Under the pieces are notes generated by a model. It was given only the letters and a program-made list of their open reading frames with translations, had not been told where the DNA came from and did no database searches. Of a DNA stretch of 58,634 nucleotides, positions 7,161 through 14,931 are shown in pieces (the first letter of the stretch is position 1; every line of letters begins with the position of its first letter). The DNA comes from a virus: IMG/VR virus record IMGVR_UViG_3300045988_080144, one strand, 5' to 3'. Both the position numbers and the translations under genes were made by a program.

Positions 7161-8350
7161 GGATTATTTGCAAATGCACCATTGACCTTTGAGATCAGGT
7201 CTTTCGGCTGATTATAGGTCAGATGCGCGTAGATGTCCAGTGTTATTTTCGCGTGTTCGTGACCGGCAAGAACCTGCACGGTCTTGACATCTACTCCCGC
7301 CAGCAGAAGGTTTGTGATGTACGTATGCCGAAGCTGGTGTGGCGTTACCTGAAAGTCCATGCTATATACAACATTTGCATTGTGCGCTGCCTTTTGACCC
7401 AAAACCGGCGTGACGGTGTGCTTGATTTTCTGCCCATTCACATATCTGGTGTAGGTGCGCTCCTTGGTGCTGCGGACAGTGACATACTTCCAGAGCCTCC
7501 CCCATTGTGTGCCAGACAACGACTGCCCCTCGCTGCTTGCAATGACATAATCCGAAATCGAAGATTCTTTCACTTCTTTCAGACAATCGACGAGCTGCGG
7601 AGGAATTGGGATTGTCCGCTTTGCCGCTTTTGTTTTCAACTCGGTTGTCACGACCGGGCGGTTGTGTTCGATGTGCCAGGCACGGCAAACGATGATGTGC
7701 GGCGCAGCCCCATCCAGGAATACGCTATCCCATTGCAGTGCGAGGGCTTCTTCTCTGCGCAGGCCCGCATACAGGCAGAGCATAATAAACGGATATGGCG
7801 GCAGACCGCGCACCGCGTCCAAGAGGGTCTGCACCTGCTCTGTGGTGAGCGCCGTTTTCTCTTTCGGCGCTTTGCCGCCTTTTGGATTCAGATTCTTGCA
7901 CGGCGATTCGTCGATGATTTTGCTTTGCTCTGCCGATGTGAAAATCAGCTTGTACAGCATCTGGACGCTGCGGTAGATCGACGCCGATTTTGATGCAGCC
8001 TTTGTAATCGCCATCTTCACATCGTCGGGCGTGATCTCCTGCATATACCGATCGCCTAGCGGCTCGATGATATAGATTTTGACCTTGGAGGTATAGTCAG
8101 CCAGCGTAGTTACCCGAATGCTCGAAGTCTGCATGGTAAGCCACTTTTCTGCATACTCCCGGACTGTGGGATTCTCGCGCCGATACACAGCTTCTTCGAT
8201 CTGCCGCTGGGCAAGAGCGACCTTTTCCGTTAGCTCATCTGGCGTCTGCGCGTAAAGGGCGATGTATTTGCCCTCCGGCCCCTTGATGCGCTTCCGGTAT
8301 TCATTTCGGCTGGGGATAAACTCATATGTTGGTTTCTTCGGCCGAGCCAT
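7154..8350 (-). CDS. int: Tyrosine recombinase / phage integrase
   Basis: C-terminal catalytic signature HQLRHTYITNLLLAGVDVKTVQVLAGHEHAKITLDIYAHL (R..HxxR..Y) and an N-terminal SAM-like core-binding region. Confidence 0.9.
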   Translation of the reverse strand: MARPKKPTYEFIPSRNEYRKRIKGPEGKYIALYAQTPDELTEKVALAQRQIEEAVYRRENPTVREYAEKWLTMQTSSIRVTTLADYTSKVKIYIIEPLGDRYMQEITPDDVKMAITKAASKSASIYRSVQMLYKLIFTSAEQSKIIDESPCKNLNPKGGKAPKEKTALTTEQVQTLLDAVRGLPPYPFIMLCLYAGLRREEALALQWDSVFLDGAAPHIIVCRAWHIEHNRPVVTTELKTKAAKRTIPIPPQLVDCLKEVKESSISDYVIASSEGQSLSGTQWGRLWKYVTVRSTKERTYTRYVNGQKIKHTVTPVLGQKAAHNANVVYSMDFQVTPHQLRHTYITNLLLAGVDVKTVQVLAGHEHAKITLDIYAHLTYNQPKDLISKVNGAFANNPK

Positions 8351-8402
8351 TTAGCATATCCCCCTTATGAGTGTGAAATGTTTCCTTTTAGCTGTACTTG
8401 GC

Positions 8403-9017
8403 TTACTGAGCTTCTTCCGGAAGGAAAAGCAGAAGGTCATCATTTGCGGACTGAATTTCAGAAATCAAATCGCTGACATTGGAAGCGAAGTGGCCTCTTG
8501 AACCAGACGGATTGAGAATGGTATCGTAAAGCTCAGAGTATCCGTCATAGAGTGCACGCACACCAGCGTCAATCTCTGCAGCTTCTGCGTTATCTCCGAA
8601 GTCTGTCAGAATTAGCTCTTTGTATGCTGAACAGATGCTTTCATAATTAGCTTCAACCGTTTCTTGCGACTCGTCGCTATTTTCGGCGAGCCAAGTAAAC
8701 GCCTTATCAACCATGCCGTCGCTCAGGCTTCCGAGCGCTTGCCAGTAGTTATTCTCGTAGTTTCCCATGTTGGCTAAGATCACGCTTGCCGCATACGCTT
8801 CGCTTCTGAAATCGGAGACACTTTCTTTGTAGGCTTCCAAGTCAAACTTGTCGGCTTCGATGGCATCTTCCTCGACCGTAGCATCAACTTCTGCTTCCTT
8901 TGCTGATTCCTGAGCAGCGGAATCTGGCTGCGCTGCTCTATCTGCCGAGCCGCTCCCACAGGCGCAAAAGGTTAAAACAAAAATGGAGATAAGGGCAGCG
9001 ACGATAAATTTCTTCAT
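8403..9017 (-). CDS. Secreted lipoprotein (204 aa), lysogeny-module cargo
   Basis: Signal peptide MKKFIVAALISIFVLTFCAC-GSGS with a lipobox-like Cys. Acidic mature region. Confidence 0.6.
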   Translation of the reverse strand: MKKFIVAALISIFVLTFCACGSGSADRAAQPDSAAQESAKEAEVDATVEEDAIEADKFDLEAYKESVSDFRSEAYAASVILANMGNYENNYWQALGSLSDGMVDKAFTWLAENSDESQETVEANYESICSAYKELILTDFGDNAEAAEIDAGVRALYDGYSELYDTILNPSGSRGHFASNVSDLISEIQSANDDLLLFLPEEAQ

Positions 9018-9090
9018 GGCTTCATTTCCTCCTTGTCGAAATCAAGAGAATGTTATATTTTCACGAAAAAAACCGCAAGCTGTCAGTCTG

Positions 9091-9099
9091 TGGTATAAT
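9091..9099 (+). promoter_or_regulatory. Extended -10 promoter element
   Basis: TGgTATAAT at 9091-9099, 42 nt upstream of ATG 9141. Confidence 0.4.
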
Positions 9100-9140
9100 C
9101 ATAATTGCGCCGGCAGCCCATGAGAAAAGGAGATACTGCA

Positions 9141-9302
9141 ATGTCGAGCAAAGAACTGTTGGCCATACTATGCCTTTTGGACAAGACCCCCGATGCCGTA
9201 AAGAGGAAGTTTCTTATTTTTCTCCATCAGCTGCAAGAAAGCGAAGAAAAGAGATTGCTTGCTGCTTCTTCGCTTCGGACAGACCAGCTAGAAGCGAAAT
9301 GA
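9141..9302 (+). CDS. Small 53-aa ORF convergent with, and overlapping, the 3' end of the repressor gene
   Basis: AAAGGAG RBS lies 8 nt before ATG 9141. Product MSSKELLAILCLLDKTPDAVKRKFLIFLHQLQESEEKR. Overlaps 9214-9302 antisense. Confidence 0.4.
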   Translation: MSSKELLAILCLLDKTPDAVKRKFLIFLHQLQESEEKRLLAASSLRTDQLEAK

Positions 9303-9591
9303 TTTCCATATCGACCGATGCCTGCCCGTCCTCGTCACTGAGGACGGGCTTTTTTACGTCTACGTCCATATCATCAACGAGAGTAAAAAGCTCATTCAGC
9401 GACGTGTGCATTCCCGTAGCAAGTTTATTCAGTGCCTGAAGGGTCGGCGTAATCTTTTCTCCTGTGCTGGGGTTGACTCCTCTCTCGATCATGCTGATAT
9501 ATCCGTTTGAGAGTCCACATTGCAGCGCAAATTGGCGTTGAGAAAGCCCATTTTCTGTTCTGTACTTAATAACGAGGTCTTTAAGTGTCAT
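9214..9591 (-). CDS. CI-like repressor, XRE HTH (125 aa)
   Basis: GGAGG RBS precedes ATG 9591. Product LSQRQFALQCGLSNGYISMIERG is an HTH. Divergent from the cro-like gene. No S24 peptidase domain. Confidence 0.75.
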   Translation of the reverse strand: MTLKDLVIKYRTENGLSQRQFALQCGLSNGYISMIERGVNPSTGEKITPTLQALNKLATGMHTSLNELFTLVDDMDVDVKKPVLSDEDGQASVDMEIISLLAGLSEAKKQQAISFLRFLAADGEK

Positions 9592-9619
9592 AGCGACGCC
9601 TCCGTGTTTTGTTAAGTTT

Positions 9620-9648
9620 ATTATACATTGAGCAGCCATAAGCGTCAA
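9620..9648 (-). promoter_or_regulatory. Repressor-gene promoter
   Basis: Minus strand reads TTGACG (9648-9643), 17-nt spacer, TATAAT (9625-9620). Confidence 0.6.
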
Positions 9649-9665
9649 GGTGTCCGTAAAATTTT

Positions 9666-9683
9666 TTGAACATTTTTGTTCAA
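9666..9683. promoter_or_regulatory. Palindromic operator candidate between the back-to-back promoters
   Basis: TTGAACA-tttt-TGTTCAA. Confidence 0.45.
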
Positions 9684-9688
9684 TTCGC

Positions 9689-9717
9689 TTGACAGCAATG
9701 TAATTGCGTGGTAATGT
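9689..9717 (+). promoter_or_regulatory. Early rightward (cro) promoter
   Basis: TTGACA (9689-9694), 17-nt spacer, TAATGT (9712-9717). Confidence 0.6.
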
Positions 9718-9722
9718 GTTCG

Positions 9723-9748
9723 TGTCAAGCGGATTAAACATCTTGACA
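9723..9748. promoter_or_regulatory. Inverted-repeat operator downstream of the cro promoter
   Basis: TGTCAAG-N12-CTTGACA. The GTCAAG/CTTGAC half-sites also overlap both -35 boxes (9643-9648 and 9688-9693). Confidence 0.5.
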
Positions 9749-9764
9749 GAAAGGAGGTTAAGCC

Positions 9765-9965
9765 GTGGGATACCGCATCAAAGAAGTCCGCGAAGAAAAG
9801 CGCATGACGCAGGAAGAGCTCTCCGCTAAAAGTGGAATTAGCCGCACTACGATCTCCGGTTTGGAGAACGGAACCGTGCGTTCTACTTCAACAAAGACGC
9901 TTTTGAAGATCGCTACTGCGCTGGAAACGACCGTGGACAATATTTTTTTTGCCGATAGTGTTTAA
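9765..9965 (+). CDS. Cro-like XRE HTH regulator (66 aa)
   Basis: AGGAGG precedes GTG 9765. Product MTQEELSAKSGISRTTISGLENG. Confidence 0.75.
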   Translation: MGYRIKEVREEKRMTQEELSAKSGISRTTISGLENGTVRSTSTKTLLKIATALETTVDNIFFADSV

Positions 9966-9998
9966 CCTATTAAACACCGAACAAGAAAGGAGGACGCA

Positions 9999-10157
9999 AT
10001 GAACAACTATTCCATTGAAATTGAAGTTCCAGAGGGCAAAGTCAAGGAAATCCTCGACCGCCTGACAGCAGCACAGGAAACCATCTACCGGTGCTACAGC
10101 GAACTGGAAAGTCTTGGCGTGCTGGTTGTAAGAGAAAAGACCACCAGCGGCAACTGA
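9999..10157 (+). CDS. Small hypothetical protein (52 aa)
   Basis: AGGAGG RBS precedes ATG 9999. Translated by hand; below the track cut-off. Confidence 0.45.
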   Translation: MNNYSIEIEVPEGKVKEILDRLTAAQETIYRCYSELESLGVLVVREKTTSGN

Positions 10158-10172
10158 TGGTCTTTCTCGGAG

Positions 10173-10346
10173 CTATTCGTTTTTCTCTACTTCCTGAACA
10201 AAGGTATTCAGAACTTTGGCAACTCCATCAATGACACGGTTAATGTCATCAACAGTCGCTGGAGTACCGAGCGTTGCGCTGGACGGACGGGAATAGAACT
10301 TAAAATCCCGAATGGCTTGACGCAATTTTTGAGTATCGATTTCCAT
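10173..10346 (-). CDS. Small hypothetical protein (57 aa)
   Basis: GGGAGGG RBS precedes ATG 10346. The upstream part of the track ORF lacks an RBS. Confidence 0.45.
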   Translation of the reverse strand: MEIDTQKLRQAIRDFKFYSRPSSATLGTPATVDDINRVIDGVAKVLNTFVQEVEKNE

Positions 10347-10441
10347 GAAATAGCCCTCCCTTCTCCGTGAAATTCGGCAGGGCACGCCGTATTTCCAGTA
10401 TATCACGGCAATTGGAAGGTAGGCAATGAACGGGAGGAAAT

Positions 10442-10642
10442 ATGTTTCCAAACTTAACGGCAGGGATGGCGCGTGAAAACGTAACCATTTCGGATTTGGC
10501 ACGAACAATCCACAGAACCGACCGTAGCGTGCGAAACAAAATGAGCGGGAGACAGGATTTCAGATGGTCAGAAATCAACGCAATCAGAGATCAATTTTTC
10601 CGCGGTCAATCCATTGAGTATTTGTTTTCCAAGGCTAACTGA
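10442..10642 (+). CDS. Small HTH-like regulator (66 aa)
   Basis: GGGAGG RBS. Product VTISDLARTIHRTDRSVRNKMSG. Confidence 0.55.
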   Translation: MFPNLTAGMARENVTISDLARTIHRTDRSVRNKMSGRQDFRWSEINAIRDQFFRGQSIEYLFSKAN

Positions 10643-10661
10643 AGACAGGAAGGAGGCATCT

Positions 10662-10997
10662 ATGAACAGAACATTCTCCACGCCGAAGCGGTGGGGAAAA
10701 GACGCTACCCACGATGAAACCTACGCGCACTTCGGCTACGAAGAGAAAATTGAACACGGCGTTGGTGCTGGCTGCTGGCCGAACGATGGCGAAACTATCA
10801 TGCGTCGGCTGCGGCTCCTGCCGGAGATTCTGGAGCAATACTCCGACCCGAAAAAGAAAATCCGAATCGTATTTGACTACGACCCGGATTTCCCGAGGGC
10901 GCTATTTCAGCTTTGGGGCTTGGAAGAAGTTGACTGGGAGAGCATCAAAGCTGCGTGCAGCTGCACCCCAGAGGAATCAACAGAAAGGAGCATATGA
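10662..10997 (+). CDS. Hypothetical protein (111 aa)
   Basis: GGAGG RBS precedes ATG 10662. Confidence 0.5.
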   Translation: MNRTFSTPKRWGKDATHDETYAHFGYEEKIEHGVGAGCWPNDGETIMRRLRLLPEILEQYSDPKKKIRIVFDYDPDFPRALFQLWGLEEVDWESIKAACSCTPEESTERSI

Positions 10998-10998
10998 C

Positions 10999-11220
10999 GT
11001 GAGTACGTTACTTACCCGAAAGGAGGCAGCGGCCAGACTTGGCATAACCGTTATGACGCTGGATGCGGAACGCAGCAGCGGGCATCTAGCTTATATCCAG
11101 CGGAAGCCCGGCGGAAAGGTCTGGATTACCGAAGAAGCGATTGCCGAGTACCTCGCCCGCGCAACGCACCCGGCGCGACCTGAGCTGCGGCGTGTTAAGT
11201 CACTGTCCGCACGCGCCTGA
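10999..11220 (+). CDS. Excisionase-family / MerR-like HTH DNA-binding protein (73 aa)
   Basis: AAAGGAG precedes GTG 10999. Product LLTRKEAAARLGITVMTLDAERSSGHLAYIQRKPGGKVWITEEAIAEYL. Confidence 0.55.
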   Translation: MSTLLTRKEAAARLGITVMTLDAERSSGHLAYIQRKPGGKVWITEEAIAEYLARATHPARPELRRVKSLSARA

Positions 11221-11245
11221 AAATTGCAGAAAGGAGGATAAACCT

Positions 11246-11482
11246 ATGCCAAAGGATTTTTTGACAGATGAGCAGGTTGAGCTTGAAATTGAGCGGTTGT
11301 CTGAATCACCCGCTGTCATGCTCGCCAAGCAGGAGCAGCGCATCAAGTATCGCCGTAGGCAGTATATGTATCAGCTTCGATACTTCGAAAAGCGTGGCAA
11401 AGAGCTTATGGCGCAGGGCATCACGCTCGACAATCTGGCAGAAATGGAAAAGGACCTTGAGCCGGGCGGCTTTGAGTCCTAG
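11246..11482 (+). CDS. Hypothetical protein (78 aa)
   Basis: AAGGAGG RBS precedes ATG 11246. Confidence 0.5.
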   Translation: MPKDFLTDEQVELEIERLSESPAVMLAKQEQRIKYRRRQYMYQLRYFEKRGKELMAQGITLDNLAEMEKDLEPGGFES

Positions 11483-11578
11483 CAAAAGAAACGGGGCCGC
11501 TCCGCTGGCACGGAAACGACCCCAGGCACAAAGACCTACCTCGATCATAGCAGTGAAAAATCTTATCGTCAAGGAGGA

Positions 11579-11959
11579 ATGCAGATGCCGAACAATCTGA
11601 AAGAGCTTCGGCTAAAAACAAAAACTCCCGCAAAAGAAATGGTCGCTGTCGTGCAGAACATCTACCCCAAGTACGACATGACAAGCCAGAGCAAGTGCGA
11701 GAACAGCGACGCCTACGGCGTTTGCCTGACGCAAAAGGCGATGAAGCTGCTCTATGCCAAATTTGACCCGGACGGCAGCGTTCGCAAGAGCTTCCGCACC
11801 GCCGATCAGCACAGGCTCAAGGACAAACTGCACGCCAGAATCACCGCCGACGAAGCTGCCCAGCTCAAAGCGCACCTTGCAGCCGACGGCTACGACACTG
11901 TGCAGGACTGGCTCACCGATGTTGTGCGCGGATATATCAGCAAAGGAGATCGCGAATGA
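11579..11959 (+). CDS. Hypothetical protein (126 aa)
   Basis: AAGGAGG RBS and complete ORF. Confidence 0.5.
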   Translation: MQMPNNLKELRLKTKTPAKEMVAVVQNIYPKYDMTSQSKCENSDAYGVCLTQKAMKLLYAKFDPDGSVRKSFRTADQHRLKDKLHARITADEAAQLKAHLAADGYDTVQDWLTDVVRGYISKGDRE

Positions 11960-12261
11960 AATACTACTTCACGTACGGCACGGATGGACAGCCGTTCGTA
12001 GGCGGCTGGACGGAAGTTGAAGCCCCGAACGTCAACTTGGCTTGCGCGGCATTCCGGCTTGCCCACCCCGACAAGGAGCCCGGCATCCTGAATTGCAGCA
12101 GCACATACACCGAAGAAAACTTCCTGAAATCCTGCATGGCTTCCCCGGATGGAAACTTCCGAAAGTTCTGCCATGAACGTATCAGCTTCACGTTCACGGT
12201 CGAGCCATGTGACCCGGATGAGCCTGTTGATTTTGAACGCATGAAAGGAGAATCTACATGA
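11956..12261 (+). CDS. Hypothetical protein (101 aa)
   Basis: ATGA overlap with the upstream gene. Confidence 0.5.
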   Translation: MKYYFTYGTDGQPFVGGWTEVEAPNVNLACAAFRLAHPDKEPGILNCSSTYTEENFLKSCMASPDGNFRKFCHERISFTFTVEPCDPDEPVDFERMKGEST

Positions 12262-12497
12262 TCGTAAATGTCTACTATCGCGACGAAGAAACCGGCAGCG
12301 TCCGCGCCGGACGCCCATACAGCTACCGCTGCAGCATTCCGAACGCCCACGTCGGCATGGAGGTTATCGCCCCCACCGCCAAGCGTGAGGCCCGCGCTGT
12401 GATCTGCGAGATCGACGTCCCGGAAAGCCACATCGACGAGCGGATCTTGCCGCTCCTGAAAGAGATCACGCAGGAGGCGCCATCTGATGGAGAATAA
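12258..12497 (+). CDS. Hypothetical protein (79 aa)
   Basis: Overlapping start/stop with the upstream gene. Confidence 0.5.
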   Translation: MIVNVYYRDEETGSVRAGRPYSYRCSIPNAHVGMEVIAPTAKREARAVICEIDVPESHIDERILPLLKEITQEAPSDGE

Positions 12498-13347
12498 CCT
12501 GATCGTCGTAAAACAGCTTCCTATCATCGAAGACCAGCTTCGGCAGGTCAAGGCTTCTGTTGACGAGCGTGTTGCGCAGGTGCTGGCGCTGGCCTGTACC
12601 GAAGCTACCTACAAGGATGTCAAGAAGGCCCGTGCCGAGCTGAACAAGGAGTTTCAGGACTTGGAGGCTCGCCGCCGTGAAGTCAAAAAGGCTATCCTTG
12701 CTCCGTATGAGGCCTTTGAAAAGCTCTACAAGGAATGTGCGGCCGATGCTTTCACCAAGGCAGACGCTGAGCTGAAAGCCAAGATCGCTTCCGTTGAGAA
12801 CGGCATCAAGGGCGCGAAGCGTGACGAAATCGTCGCGTTCTACAACGAATACCGCGCCAGCTTGAATATCCCCGAAGACATCGCGCCGTTTGACCGCTGC
12901 GGCATCAATATCACGATGTCCGATTCTCTTAGAAAGCTGCAAGGACAGGCTTCCTTGTTCTTGCAGAACGTTTCAAACGATTTGCGGATGATCGAAACGC
13001 TGGAGCACAAGGATGAGGTCTTGGTTGAGTACCGCAAATCGCTTTCCGCACCGGAAGCGGCCCTGATCGTTGACCGGCGTCACAAGGAGATGGAAGAAGC
13101 CGCTCGCCGCCGCGCAGCTATGAAATCTGCGCAGGATATTCAGGAGGCCGCGCAGGCCAAAATCGAAGAAGTTCTGAACGAAGAACCGCCTGCCCCCGTT
13201 TCTGCACCCGTCGAGCAGCCCATTCCCACCGAGGTGCCTGCTGAAAAGATCTATCAGGTTTCGTTCCGCGTCCGCGGCGGCATTGACAAGCTGAAAGCAC
13301 TCAAAGAATTTCTCGTAAATGGAGGTTACGACTATGAGCAGTTCTAA
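12487..13347 (+). CDS. DUF1351-like phage protein (RecT-associated)
   Basis: Product IVVKQLPIIEDQLRQVKASVDERV with long coiled-coil architecture. Its position directly upstream of recT is typical for this family. Confidence 0.55.
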   Translation: MENNLIVVKQLPIIEDQLRQVKASVDERVAQVLALACTEATYKDVKKARAELNKEFQDLEARRREVKKAILAPYEAFEKLYKECAADAFTKADAELKAKIASVENGIKGAKRDEIVAFYNEYRASLNIPEDIAPFDRCGINITMSDSLRKLQGQASLFLQNVSNDLRMIETLEHKDEVLVEYRKSLSAPEAALIVDRRHKEMEEAARRRAAMKSAQDIQEAAQAKIEEVLNEEPPAPVSAPVEQPIPTEVPAEKIYQVSFRVRGGIDKLKALKEFLVNGGYDYEQF

Positions 13348-14281
13348 CATCGCGCCTGCGAAGAAGCAGACGTTCTCCGTCGCTATCACCACGGAAAACT
13401 ACAGAAACCTTATAAACAACACGCTGAAAGAACCGGGGCGCGCAAACCGCTTCATCGCATCGATCACGTCCGCCGTCGCTATTACCCCGGCGCTTCAGAC
13501 TTGTGACCCCGGCTCCATCCTCGCCGGTGGTCTGCTGGGCGAAGCCCTGAATCTCTCTCCTTCGCCGCAGCTCGGCCAGTATTATCTCGTTCCGTTCAAG
13601 CAGAAAGCCAAGTATGACCGTGAAGGTCACCTGCTTTCGCCCGAATGCTCCAAAGCACAGTTTGTCCTTGGTTACAAGGGATATATCCAGCTTGCGCTTC
13701 GCAGCGGCCAGTATCGGAAACTGGGCTGCATGGAGATTCGGCAAGGCGAATATTTGGGGAAAGATCCCGAAACGGCAGAACCGCGATTCAGGTTCATTGA
13801 GGATGACGATCTGCGTGAAAGGCTTCCGATCGTTGGCTACATGGCGCACTTCGAGTACCTGAATGGTTTCCGGAAGCGCATCTACTGGTCGCGTGAAAAG
13901 GTTCTCAACCATGCGGATACATATTCTCAGGCGTTCAGCAAGGAGGCCTACGACAAGATTCAGAACGGCCAGATCGCCGACAAGGATATGTGGAAGTACT
14001 CCTCGTTCTGGTACAAGGACTTTGACAGCATGGCTCAAAAAACGCTGCTTCGCCAGCTTATCAGCAAGTGGGGCATCATGTCCACAGAAATACAGCAGGC
14101 GTTTATTGATGACGGATCTGTCCTGACTGCTGACCCGAGGACTGGTGAAATCATTACCGACCATTCCGACGAGCTGGAGCTTACGACCGACGCTCCGCAG
14201 CCGGCCGTTGAGGGCAGCGCCCCGGCACAACTTCAGGAGAACGCCGGTGAACCGGAGCAGATTGACCTCAATTCGCTGTAA
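13334..14281 (+). CDS. recT: RecT-family single-strand annealing recombinase
   Basis: GGAGG RBS. Product LNLSPSPQLGQYYLVPFK...QFVLGYKGYIQLALRSGQY is characteristic of RecT. Confidence 0.8.
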   Translation: MSSSNIAPAKKQTFSVAITTENYRNLINNTLKEPGRANRFIASITSAVAITPALQTCDPGSILAGGLLGEALNLSPSPQLGQYYLVPFKQKAKYDREGHLLSPECSKAQFVLGYKGYIQLALRSGQYRKLGCMEIRQGEYLGKDPETAEPRFRFIEDDDLRERLPIVGYMAHFEYLNGFRKRIYWSREKVLNHADTYSQAFSKEAYDKIQNGQIADKDMWKYSSFWYKDFDSMAQKTLLRQLISKWGIMSTEIQQAFIDDGSVLTADPRTGEIITDHSDELELTTDAPQPAVEGSAPAQLQENAGEPEQIDLNSL

Positions 14282-14931
14282 TGAGTGTTCCGTACGAAGT
14301 CCTTGCAACCGGCTCTACCGGCAACGCCGTTGTGATCGACGGGCAGATTCTCGTCGACTGCGGCGTTCCGTACAAGGTCGTGAAGCCAGTTGCAAAAGCT
14401 CTCAGGCTTGTTCTGCTGACACACTGGCACGGAGATCATTTCCGGAAAAGCACGCTCCACGCCCTCGCAGCGGACCGACCGGCGCTCCGTTTCGGCTGCT
14501 GCCGATGGCTGGTGCGGCCTCTGGTGGAAGCTGGCGTCAAGCCCGCAAACATCGACCTGTACGATTTTGACCACCGATATAGCTACGGTGATTTTACGGT
14601 CGAGCCTGTGCCACTGGTGCATGACGTTCCGAACTGCGGCTACAAGCTGCTGCTTCCGGCTGGAAAGGTCCTCTACGCCACTGACACAAACAACCTGAAC
14701 GGGATCTCAGCGCCGAACTTCGACCTCTACCTGCTGGAAGCGAATTACGAGGACGAAGAAATCCAAGCCAGAATCAGCGAGAAAAAGGCAAACGGCGAAT
14801 TCGTCTATGAGCGGCGGGTACTGGGGACGCATCTTTCCAAGGCAAAGTGCGACGATTTCATCTATCGGAACATCGGGCCGACCGGCGAGTACGTTTACCT
14901 GCACGGCCACGTCGAGGAGGAAAAAGCGTGA
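14281..14931 (+). CDS. MBL-fold metallo-hydrolase (possible nuclease partner of RecT)
   Basis: HxHxDH motif LLTHWHGDHF. TAATG overlap with recT. Confidence 0.65.
   Translation: MSVPYEVLATGSTGNAVVIDGQILVDCGVPYKVVKPVAKALRLVLLTHWHGDHFRKSTLHALAADRPALRFGCCRWLVRPLVEAGVKPANIDLYDFDHRYSYGDFTVEPVPLVHDVPNCGYKLLLPAGKVLYATDTNNLNGISAPNFDLYLLEANYEDEEIQARISEKKANGEFVYERRVLGTHLSKAKCDDFIYRNIGPTGEYVYLHGHVEEEKA

Noticed and set aside
9050-9439. 129-aa + strand ORF overlapping the repressor gene
   Set aside because: It has no RBS, Arg/Ser-rich composition, and is antisense to a well-supported HTH repressor. Only the different-frame 9141..9302 ORF, which has a promoter and RBS, was kept, and only as tentative.
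10132-10168. Hairpin gagaaaagacca/tggtctttctc between convergent small genes as a terminator
   Set aside because: The stem has a bulge, it overlaps the coding 3' end, and it lacks a clear T-run on the + strand. The evidence is too weak to list as a feature.
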